A stretch of DNA of 64,000 nt, taken from assembly GCA_963674595.2 (NCBI GenBank), contig CAXXFV010000027.1:1-64000 (forward strand). The letters run 5' to 3'. Shown one piece after another: positions 1-8,017 of the stretch (position 1 is its first letter; each line of letters begins with the position of its first letter). The notes beneath the pieces are model-generated. The model was not told the origin of the DNA, ran no database searches, and saw nothing but the letters and a program-made list of their open reading frames with translations. A program made the translations under genes and the position numbers. This DNA comes from a bacterium. Lineage in GTDB: Bacteria > Zhuqueibacterota > Zhuqueibacteria > Residuimicrobiales > Krinioviventaceae.

Positions 1-2
1 AA

Positions 3-689
3 AAAGGGTCCGAAACTTTGATGAATGTCGGCAAGTTTGCCTCACAAACATCTTCTGAATTGGGTGATTTTCTGCAAAAAATGATGGCAGATATTACAAC
101 CTCAATTAAACCGATGGAAAATTATCCACAAATTAAAAAGGATATTGAAAAAAGTTCTCACCAAATCGTTAATTATCTTTCTACTCTTAATAAAATAAGT
201 ACCGTTACACAGACATTCGAAGCCACTGATCAGGAAATTTCATTAAATGATGTTGTTTCAAATTCATTATTGTTGGCAAAACGAAGACCGGATGTTATAC
301 AGGCGAATATAACAACAAAATTATCCACGCCGCTTCCGGTTACTCAGGCCAAGATATGGTCACTGGTTCAGGTCTGTAATAACCTTATATATAATGCCGT
401 GCATGCGACGCCTGATTTTCAGCCGATTGTTATTTCAACAGGGACAGAGGAAAAGAATTATGTAGTATTGCAGATAAGCGACCATGGTATTGGAATCGCC
501 GAAAATATAATCACTCAAATATTTGATCCGTTTTTTAGCCAATGGCCCAATTCTCAAAACGTTGGGCTTGGACTGACTATATCGAAAAATATTATAGAGT
601 CTTTTAACGGTAAAATTGTGATCGATTCTCAGGTTGGTGAATATACAAATGTCAAGATCTTACTTCCGATATCCGAAATTATATATTAA
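3..689 (+). CDS. C-terminal part of a histidine-kinase-like protein (degenerate HisKA + HATPase_c), 5' truncated by the window edge
   Basis: Frame is open from the window start. SETLMNVGKFASQTSSELGDFL aligns with the H-box SEKLASIGQLAAGVAHELNNPL. N box NLIYNAVHA, G1 DHGIGI, F box IFDPFFS, G2 VGLGL. Confidence 0.8.
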   Translation, partial: KGSETLMNVGKFASQTSSELGDFLQKMMADITTSIKPMENYPQIKKDIEKSSHQIVNYLSTLNKISTVTQTFEATDQEISLNDVVSNSLLLAKRRPDVIQANITTKLSTPLPVTQAKIWSLVQVCNNLIYNAVHATPDFQPIVISTGTEEKNYVVLQISDHGIGIAENIITQIFDPFFSQWPNSQNVGLGLTISKNIIESFNGKIVIDSQVGEYTNVKILLPISEIIY

Positions 690-700
690 CGGAGTTTCAA

Positions 701-1192
701 TTGCTTACTGATAATCAGATACTTGTTGTAGACGACGAAGAAATCATGCGAAAATCGTTGGAGGCGTGGTTAACAGATGAAGGATTTTTAGTAAGAACAG
801 CAGAAAATGGTATGGATGCGTTAAGGTTGATAAGAGAATTGAAACCGGATGTTATTGTGCTGGATATAAAAATGCCCGGTATGGACGGTGTTACATTGTT
901 AAAAAAAATAAAGGAAGTTGATAGTGAATTGCCGGTTATTATGATTACAGCCTATGGCACAATTGAAAATGCCGTTGAATCGATGAAAGAGGGTGCGTTT
1001 GATTTTTTAACAAAACCCTTTCCACCGGAAAAATTATCGCACATGTTAAAACTTGTTCTTGAGCACCAGCATTTAAAAAGAGAAAATATTCGTTTAACAA
1101 AAGAACGAAACCATATTTTACAAATTATGTTGAGTATTATTGTTTCGATGATAATTTTGGGCTTGCTCTATTATTTTGTTCTCGCTAAATGA
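701..1192 (+). CDS. Response regulator receiver (NtrC-like REC) with C-terminal hydrophobic helix
   Basis: ILVVDDEE, VIVLDIKMPGMDG, MITAYG, LTKPF; ends ILQIMLSIIVSMIILGLLYYFVLAK. Confidence 0.85.
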   Translation: MLTDNQILVVDDEEIMRKSLEAWLTDEGFLVRTAENGMDALRLIRELKPDVIVLDIKMPGMDGVTLLKKIKEVDSELPVIMITAYGTIENAVESMKEGAFDFLTKPFPPEKLSHMLKLVLEHQHLKRENIRLTKERNHILQIMLSIIVSMIILGLLYYFVLAK

Positions 1193-1200
1193 GATTGATT

Positions 1201-3228
1201 ATGACCCCAGTTGTAGAAACCATTGAAACCAAATGTAAACGATGTTATTCCTGTATACGCCACTGTCCAGCTAAGGCGATAAAAGTTGAGGGAGGCCAGG
1301 CTAAAGTTATTCCCGAACGATGTATCGCATGCGGCCATTGTATAAGGGTTTGCCCTCAAAATGCAAAAACGATACGCGACGGAATTGAGCCTACCAGAGA
1401 AATATTAAAATCCCATGGAAAAAAAATAGCCGCACTGGCGCCTTCTTTTCCGGCTGCTTTTGCTGATGTGCCCTATGGAAAAGTGGTTTCCGGGATTAAA
1501 AAATTGGGTTTTGATGAGGTTTATGAAGTTGCCTTTGCTGCGGATTTTGTCGGGCGTGAATATGAAAAATTTTTGCAGTTAAACTCCATGCCGGTTTCAA
1601 TTTCTTCGTCATGCCCGGCCATTGTCAATTTAATTGAAAAGCATTATCCAAATTTGTTAATGTTTTTAGTGCCTATTGTTTCACCTATGATCGCTATGGG
1701 GCGGTATTTAAAACAAACATTTAGTGATGCCACTGTTGTCTTTATCGGACCATGTGTTGCCAAAAAGAAAGAAATGGAAGATCCAAAAACCAGTGGGGTT
1801 ATTGATCAGGTCCTGACATTTGAAGAAATTGAAAAAATGTTTAAAGAGGATAATATCATTCTATCAGAGTTGGATGAATCAGAGTTTAGCAATCCTCCGG
1901 TGAGCCTGGGTCGAATTTTCCCGTTGTCCGGTGGTTTATTAAAAACAGCAGAAAAACAAAACGATCTTTTAGAAGACGATATCATTGTAACTGAAGGGCG
2001 TGACCGTGTTATCGAAATTTTAGAAAAAGTGGATGAAGGGAGAATAGAATCTCAATTTTTGGATTTACTTTTCTGCCACGGCTGTATTGACGGCCCTAAA
2101 ATGATAAATGATTTATCTGTTTTTATCCGCAAGGATAAAATTGTTTCCTATTATAAAAATAAAACAAATGATAAAAACAAAATCGATTGTCCTGTCTCTT
2201 TATTAAGAAAGTTTACCTTTGAACCTTTAAATTCTGAATTGCCGGATAAGGAAGAAATAAAAAAGATACTTGCTATTACAAATAAATTTTCGCCGGAAGA
2301 TGAATTAAATTGCGGTTCCTGCGGATATGCTACATGCCGTGAAAAAGCGATTGCTGTTTACCAGGGTTTGGCTGAGGCAGAAATGTGTTTACCGTTTATG
2401 ATTGAAAAACTGGAACAAACCCAACAGGATTTACAAAAGTCAAACAAAGAACTTGTACAGTCTCTTGAGGCATTAAGAAAAACCCAGCATCATCTTGTAC
2501 AATCTGAAAAATTAGCTTCCATAGGGCAATTGGCCGCCGGGGTTGCCCATGAATTGAATAATCCTCTTGGCGGGATATTAATTTACACAAGCCTGTTGCT
2601 TGAAAAGGCAAATCAGAATTCGTTGGAAGCACAGGACTTGAATAAAATTCTTAATGAAACGGAACGTTGTCGTAAAATTGTTCAGGATTTGTTAATCTTT
2701 TCAAAACAAACACGTTTGGAAATGTCACGTGTGGATTTGAATGCAATCATTGAAAATACATTGGCCCTTGTTTCACAACAATCTTTATTTCAGAATATTA
2801 AAATTCATAAAAAATTAGTATCTTGTTCTCCTAAAGTAAAAGTGGATGTCGGTCAAATCCAGCAGGTCCTGTTAAACATAATTATAAATGCTGCTCAGGC
2901 GCTTGCCGGTAAAGGTAACCTGACCATAGAAATAAAGTGTTTAAAAAATTCTAAATTTGTAAATTGTAATATAACAGATGACGGTCCGGGTATACCGGAT
3001 TCAATCAAAGAGAAAATATTTGATCCATTTTTTACTACAAAATCTCATGGAAAGGGTACCGGCCTTGGATTAGCGATAGCTTATGGAATTATACAAAAGC
3101 ATGACGGAGAAATATCTGTAAACAGCTCGAAAAACAAAGGCACAACTTTTAGTATAAAACTACCCATTGCAGAACATGTGGAGACAGAAATTGATAATAG
3201 AAAAAGTGAAAATATTAATTATAGATGA
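1201..3228 (+). CDS. Sensory (group C-like) [FeFe]-hydrogenase domain fused to histidine kinase, copy 1
   Basis: 2x[4Fe-4S] motifs CKRCYSCIRHCP and CIACGHCIRVCP; H-cluster-like motifs SSSCP, GPCVAKKKE, LFCHGCIDGP; FeS domain CGSCGYATC...C; H-box AHELNNPL; GKGTGLGL. Start placed at ATG 1201 by comparison with copy 2. Confidence 0.88.
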   Translation: MTPVVETIETKCKRCYSCIRHCPAKAIKVEGGQAKVIPERCIACGHCIRVCPQNAKTIRDGIEPTREILKSHGKKIAALAPSFPAAFADVPYGKVVSGIKKLGFDEVYEVAFAADFVGREYEKFLQLNSMPVSISSSCPAIVNLIEKHYPNLLMFLVPIVSPMIAMGRYLKQTFSDATVVFIGPCVAKKKEMEDPKTSGVIDQVLTFEEIEKMFKEDNIILSELDESEFSNPPVSLGRIFPLSGGLLKTAEKQNDLLEDDIIVTEGRDRVIEILEKVDEGRIESQFLDLLFCHGCIDGPKMINDLSVFIRKDKIVSYYKNKTNDKNKIDCPVSLLRKFTFEPLNSELPDKEEIKKILAITNKFSPEDELNCGSCGYATCREKAIAVYQGLAEAEMCLPFMIEKLEQTQQDLQKSNKELVQSLEALRKTQHHLVQSEKLASIGQLAAGVAHELNNPLGGILIYTSLLLEKANQNSLEAQDLNKILNETERCRKIVQDLLIFSKQTRLEMSRVDLNAIIENTLALVSQQSLFQNIKIHKKLVSCSPKVKVDVGQIQQVLLNIIINAAQALAGKGNLTIEIKCLKNSKFVNCNITDDGPGIPDSIKEKIFDPFFTTKSHGKGTGLGLAIAYGIIQKHDGEISVNSSKNKGTTFSIKLPIAEHVETEIDNRKSENINYR

Positions 3229-4540
3229 TAACGATTCCTTTCGAAATGCTTGTGCCGAATATTTAAAATATGCAGATTTTGATGTAACAAGTACTGATAA
3301 TGCCGAAACCGGATTGAAACTGTGTAATAAAAATGTATTTAAAATAGTATTTGTTGATTATAAAATGCCGGGGCTGGATGGAATTGAATTTTTATTAAAA
3401 CTTAAAGAAAAAACACCCGATGTTGATGTTGTGATTATAACAGGTTACGCCACAATTGAAATGGCCGTTGAAGCTATAAAGCATGGCGCTTATGATTATA
3501 TTCCTAAACCTTTTCATCCGGACAAATTAAAAGCTGTTATAGACAAAATTTTAGAAAAAAACAAATTATTAAACAAAAAACAATCTAAAGCACTCAGTCT
3601 GGATTTAAATGGAACTCCGTTTCAAATAATCGGCAACAGCCCCCGAATGCAGGAAATTTTTACACTTGTACAAAAAGTTGCTCCATCAGACAGCACCATT
3701 CTTATTCTTGGTGAAAGTGGGACGGGTAAAGAACTGATTGCCAAAGCGATTCATGCCAATAGTCATCGCCGTAAAAAAATGTTTTATACAATGGATTGTG
3801 GTTCTTTGGTAGAGTCACTTTTTGAAAGTGAATTGTTTGGCCATGTTAAAGGTTCATTTACAGGTGCCATTGCCACCAAACATGGATCAATGGAATTGGC
3901 GCATGGCGGTACTTTTTTCTTTGACGAAATCGGAAATATATCCAACAATGTTCAGGCAAAAATTTTAAGGGCCATACAGGAAAAAGAAATTCGGCGGGTG
4001 GGAAGCACGACCACAATACCCGTTGATGTTCGGGTTATTTCAGCAACTAATTTAGACTTGAGAAATGCTGTTGAAAAAGGCACATTTCGGGAAGATCTTT
4101 ATTACAGAATAAGTGTTGTGCCGATTTATCTACCACCTTTGAGAGAACGGAAAGAAGATATACCATTATTAATAGACTATTTTATAAAAAACCAAAATGT
4201 AAATCAGAAAACTCAAATTGATGAAATGGCTCCCGATGCCCAGGAACTGTTTATGCAGTATAATTGGCCTGGAAATATACGTGAGCTTGAAAATGCCATT
4301 GAACGGGCCATTTTAATAGAAGAATCTCCACAAATAACATTACAAAGCTTGCCAAAACAAATCAGAGAATTTCACGATTCGAAAAAACGATCCTTTTTAT
4401 CTCTATCTGCTGTAGAAAAAGAGCATATTATAAACATTTTAACGCAAACAAAATGGAATATCAGCAAAGCAGCAAAGATTTTGGAAATTGATAGAAAATC
4501 TTTATATGCTAAAATCAAAAAATATCAGATTAGTCGGTAA
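3191..4540 (+). CDS. Sigma54-dependent NtrC-family response regulator (REC-AAA+-HTH)
   Basis: REC (IIDDN, VDYKMPG, KPF); Walker A GESGTGKE; ESELFGHVKGSFTGA; FFDEIG; WPGNIRELEN; Fis-type HTH NISKAAKILEIDRKSLY. Likely TTG start 3191 after GGAG. Confidence 0.93.
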   Translation: MIIEKVKILIIDDNDSFRNACAEYLKYADFDVTSTDNAETGLKLCNKNVFKIVFVDYKMPGLDGIEFLLKLKEKTPDVDVVIITGYATIEMAVEAIKHGAYDYIPKPFHPDKLKAVIDKILEKNKLLNKKQSKALSLDLNGTPFQIIGNSPRMQEIFTLVQKVAPSDSTILILGESGTGKELIAKAIHANSHRRKKMFYTMDCGSLVESLFESELFGHVKGSFTGAIATKHGSMELAHGGTFFFDEIGNISNNVQAKILRAIQEKEIRRVGSTTTIPVDVRVISATNLDLRNAVEKGTFREDLYYRISVVPIYLPPLRERKEDIPLLIDYFIKNQNVNQKTQIDEMAPDAQELFMQYNWPGNIRELENAIERAILIEESPQITLQSLPKQIREFHDSKKRSFLSLSAVEKEHIINILTQTKWNISKAAKILEIDRKSLYAKIKKYQISR

Positions 4541-4556
4541 AAATGTTCCTGTTATA

Positions 4557-4590
4557 CCACACTTTTAAAAAAGTGTGGAGAAACTCCACA
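4557..4590. promoter_or_regulatory. Overlapping palindromes, candidate enhancer (UAS) for the sigma54 activator
   Basis: CCACACTTTT-AA-AAAAGTGTGG (4557-4578) and TGTGGAG-AAA-CTCCACA (4574-4590), about 110-145 bp upstream of the candidate sigma54 promoter. Confidence 0.55.
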
Positions 4591-4700
4591 GTATGTTCTA
4601 TCATTTTTGAGATATAAGAAGAAAAAGTATATTAAGCCTATATTTTACAGCTCAAAAATATGAAATTACCTTCATTTTTTTTAAAATAAATGTAAAATTA

Positions 4701-4716
4701 TGGCGTGATTTTTGAT
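4701..4716 (+). promoter_or_regulatory. Candidate sigma54 (-24/-12) promoter
   Basis: TGGCGTGATTTTTGAT versus consensus TGGCACG-N4-TTGCW, correct spacing, GA variant at -12; lies just after the sigma54 activator gene and ~40 bp before ATG 4759. Confidence 0.6.
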
Positions 4717-4758
4717 ATAACCAAGCCAAAAATGTTGTATAAAATCTGTAAGGCAATA

Positions 4759-5133
4759 ATGAATTGCTTACTTATATCAAATCCTCAGTGTAATGAAACA
4801 AAACAGTTGTTGGAATACTTGCAATCACAACATGTCTTGGTTGAAACTATAACCGAGGCGATTGTTGGGATTGAAAAAGCTCAGGAACAACATTTTGACG
4901 TTATTGTTATGGATGCCAAGCCAAAAGGAATAAAAATTGACAAAGCGATTCGTTTGCTAAAGGGATGTATTCCGAATGCACGAATCATTGTTCATACGAA
5001 TGAAAATTCAAAAAGGCTGGAAGCAAACGTAAGAAAGGAACAAATCTACTACTATCATATTAACTCGTTCGGAATGCAAGACTTGACTACTGCTGTAGCT
5101 ACCGCCTTGGGAATAAAAATAATAACCCATTAA
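4759..5133 (+). CDS. Atypical (pseudo) receiver domain protein
   Basis: CheY-like pattern with HFDVIVMD, but no acidic pair after beta1 (LLISN) and no KP motif (YHINSF). Confidence 0.65.
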   Translation: MNCLLISNPQCNETKQLLEYLQSQHVLVETITEAIVGIEKAQEQHFDVIVMDAKPKGIKIDKAIRLLKGCIPNARIIVHTNENSKRLEANVRKEQIYYYHINSFGMQDLTTAVATALGIKIITH

Positions 5134-5150
5134 AACAAACGGAGGATGAA

Positions 5151-5597
5151 ATGGCCAAGACAGCAAGAATTTTAATTGTAGACGACGATCCTGATTTTGT
5201 AGAGATTAACAAGACCATTTTAGAAAGCCATGGTTACACCGTTGAAACGGCTGACAGACCGGCTAACGCATGGGAAAAGGTTAAAAATTGGATGCCGGAC
5301 CTTATTTGTCTTGATGTGATGATGCCCTCCGGTACAGAAGGTTTTCATTTTGCTTATAAGGTAAGGAGTGATACAGAAACCCGTGATATTCCAATTTTAA
5401 TGATTACATCCATTCATGACCATAGTGATTTTCAGTTTTCACCTGATCAGGATGGAGATTTTTTACCGGTTGAATATTTTTTAGAAAAACCAATAAAATC
5501 TGATGTACTTATCTCTCATGTGGAATTGCTGCTTGAAAGCGGACGTGCAAAGAAAGAAACGAAACCTGATAAAGGTATTGGCTTAAAAAGAGATTAA
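5151..5597 (+). CDS. Single-domain response regulator
   Basis: ILIVDDDPDF, LDVMMP, MITS, LEKP; RBS GGAGG. Confidence 0.9.
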   Translation: MAKTARILIVDDDPDFVEINKTILESHGYTVETADRPANAWEKVKNWMPDLICLDVMMPSGTEGFHFAYKVRSDTETRDIPILMITSIHDHSDFQFSPDQDGDFLPVEYFLEKPIKSDVLISHVELLLESGRAKKETKPDKGIGLKRD

Positions 5598-5634
5598 CCA
5601 GGCGCATGAAATCCACTAAAAAAGGTGGTTAATT

Positions 5635-6021
5635 ATGGAAGCAAAACGAATATTATTAGCGGATGATGATCCGGATTTCCTCGAAATAAATAGAACGATT
5701 TTAGAAGCAAATGGATATTTAGTTGAAGAGGCTTCTACTTCTGCAGAAGCTCTCGAAAAACTTGAAACACATGAATTTGATCTGATTATTCTGGATCTCA
5801 TGATGGAAGAACGCGATTCGGGCTTTACAATCGCCTATGCTGTGCGTGAAAACGAACGGTTGCGTCACCTTCCGATTTTAATGTTAACTTCGGCAGAAGA
5901 AAAAACAGGATTTTCATTCAAGTTTTCTAATGATAAGGAATGGATGAAAGTTGATGATTTTGCTGCAAAACCCTTAAAACCAGCAGAACTTGTTATGCGA
6001 ATTGAAAAACTCTTAAAATGA
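5635..6021 (+). CDS. Single-domain response regulator
   Basis: ILLADDDPDF, LDLMME, MLTS, AKP. Confidence 0.9.
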   Translation: MEAKRILLADDDPDFLEINRTILEANGYLVEEASTSAEALEKLETHEFDLIILDLMMEERDSGFTIAYAVRENERLRHLPILMLTSAEEKTGFSFKFSNDKEWMKVDDFAAKPLKPAELVMRIEKLLK

Positions 6022-6033
6022 GGTCATAACATT

Positions 6034-7509
6034 ATGACTGATTCAGAGATTAGAATACTCGTTGTGGACGATGAAGAAATTATTCGTATCGGATGTAAAC
6101 GTATTTTGGAAGATACGCCCTATACTGTTGATATGGCAGAAAATGGTCGTGTTGGACTGGAGCTGTTGAAAAAAAACAGTTATGACCTTGTTTTGATAGA
6201 CCTGATGATGCCGCAAATGGGCGGACTTGAATTGCTGGAATATATTCCCGAAATCGATCCGAACCTTATTTCTATCATTATAACCGGTTTTGCAACGATA
6301 GAAACAGCCGTTGATGCTGTTAAAAAAGGCGCCTATGACTATTTGCCAAAGCCTTTTACTCCTGATGAGTTTCGTGCCCAGGTTCATCGTGGTTTGGAAA
6401 AAAGACGCCTGTTGCTTGAAGCGGAAAAGCTGAGAGAAGAAAGAGACCGGAATTTACTTGAATGCAGCAATGAAAAAACCAAAACGCTCACCATTATAAA
6501 CTGTATGAGTGAAGGAGTTATAGTCACCAACAGGTTAGGGCAAATAGTTTTGGTAAATCCCATTGCTTCTAAAATGCTGAGGACTGACAAATCCAGGCTT
6601 ATCGGCAAAACAGTTGACGGTCTGTTAGGAAGCAACGATCTGGAAAAATTGATTACCGAAACGCTTGAAAAAGTAACAAAAACAGTAACCACAACAAGAC
6701 TTGAAATAAAAACATCAGACGAACGGGTACTTCAACCCAATATAACACCCATTATTGATGAAAATGGTGAGGTTGTTGGTATTGTAACCGTTATAATTGA
6801 TATTACAGAAGAAAAGAAAATTGAAAAAACAAAATCGGAATTTGTCCGGCTGGTTTCTCATGAACTAAAAGCGCCAATAGGCGCCATTGAAGGATACCTT
6901 AATCTTATTATTGACGGACTGATTAAGGACAATCCTGAAAAACAAATGGATATTATAAAAAAATCACGAGACCGCGCCGAAGGACTATTATTATTAATCA
7001 ACGATTTACTGGACCTTTCAAGAGCGGACCGTAAAATATCCAAGGTTATGGAAGTCCTTCAGGTTAATGATATTTTGTGTGATAATTTTGAATTTTATAA
7101 TAATGAGGCTAAAAACAAAAATATTAAATTCATCTGTCAATCGGGAGAAAATATGCCGGCCATTTGGGGAAATGCGGAAGACCTTGCACGTGTTTTTGCC
7201 AATTTGTTTAGCAATGCCATTAAATATACGCCGGAGAACGGAACTGTAACCGTGTCATCTCTTGCAGAAAATTCACACGTTGTTGTCAAAGTTCAAGATT
7301 CCGGTATAGGCATTTCATCCGAAGACAAAAAAAATATATTTAATGAATTTTTCAGGACCAAAGAAGTTATTGCCAAAAAAATTACCGGTACAGGTTTGGG
7401 TTTGGCAATTGCTAAAAAAATTATAGATGACCATCATGGTCATATCGAAGTTGAAAGTACTCTTGGAAAAGGTTCAACATTTATTGTATCTTTTCCAATT
7501 TATCAATAA
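6034..7509 (+). CDS. Hybrid sensor kinase REC-PAS-HisKA-HATPase, copy 1
   Basis: N-terminal REC; PAS (MSEGVIVTNRLGQIVLVNP...DITE); H-box SHELKAP; NAIKY; GTGLGL. Confidence 0.92.
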   Translation: MTDSEIRILVVDDEEIIRIGCKRILEDTPYTVDMAENGRVGLELLKKNSYDLVLIDLMMPQMGGLELLEYIPEIDPNLISIIITGFATIETAVDAVKKGAYDYLPKPFTPDEFRAQVHRGLEKRRLLLEAEKLREERDRNLLECSNEKTKTLTIINCMSEGVIVTNRLGQIVLVNPIASKMLRTDKSRLIGKTVDGLLGSNDLEKLITETLEKVTKTVTTTRLEIKTSDERVLQPNITPIIDENGEVVGIVTVIIDITEEKKIEKTKSEFVRLVSHELKAPIGAIEGYLNLIIDGLIKDNPEKQMDIIKKSRDRAEGLLLLINDLLDLSRADRKISKVMEVLQVNDILCDNFEFYNNEAKNKNIKFICQSGENMPAIWGNAEDLARVFANLFSNAIKYTPENGTVTVSSLAENSHVVVKVQDSGIGISSEDKKNIFNEFFRTKEVIAKKITGTGLGLAIAKKIIDDHHGHIEVESTLGKGSTFIVSFPIYQ

Positions 7510-7549
7510 CCCAATTATACAAAACAAATTTTAATAATATGAGGATTTA

Positions 7550-8014
7550 ATGGACAGTAGAGAATTATATGAAAGACATCCTTCATCTGAAGCATCTGCA
7601 CTTATACCTTTTTTACAAGATTTGCAGGAATTATATGGGTACCTTCCAGAAGATGAAATGCGAAAAGTTGCCAACCATCTAAGATTGCCTTTCAGTCGCG
7701 TTTATGGTGTTGCTACATTTTATAACCAATTCCGGTTGCAACCATTGGGAAAATATGTTATCAAAGTATGCCGTGGTACAGCCTGTCACGTCAAAGGATC
7801 ATTTGATTTGCTAACAACTCTTGAAAATGAGCTCGGAATTAAAGCCGGCGAAACAACCAAAGATTTAAAATTTACTATAGAAACTGTTGCTTGCATAGGA
7901 GCTTGCAGTATGGCTCCCGTTATTGCTATAAATGATGAATTTTACGGTGGATTAACCGTAAAATCTTTGCAAAAGCTGCTGAAAACGATTGATAAAAACG
8001 GAGAAAAGGAGTAG
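7550..8014 (+). CDS. hydC: NuoE-like [2Fe-2S] subunit of multimeric [FeFe]-hydrogenase 1 (HydC)
   Basis: GVATFY, CRGTACH, ACIGACSMAP. Confidence 0.88.
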   Translation: MDSRELYERHPSSEASALIPFLQDLQELYGYLPEDEMRKVANHLRLPFSRVYGVATFYNQFRLQPLGKYVIKVCRGTACHVKGSFDLLTTLENELGIKAGETTKDLKFTIETVACIGACSMAPVIAINDEFYGGLTVKSLQKLLKTIDKNGEKE

Positions 8015-8017
8015 AGA

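Noticed and set aside
3820-3870. GSFTGA instead of GAFTGA in the sigma54 activator
   Set aside because: Known tolerated variant; the other AAA+ motifs are intact.
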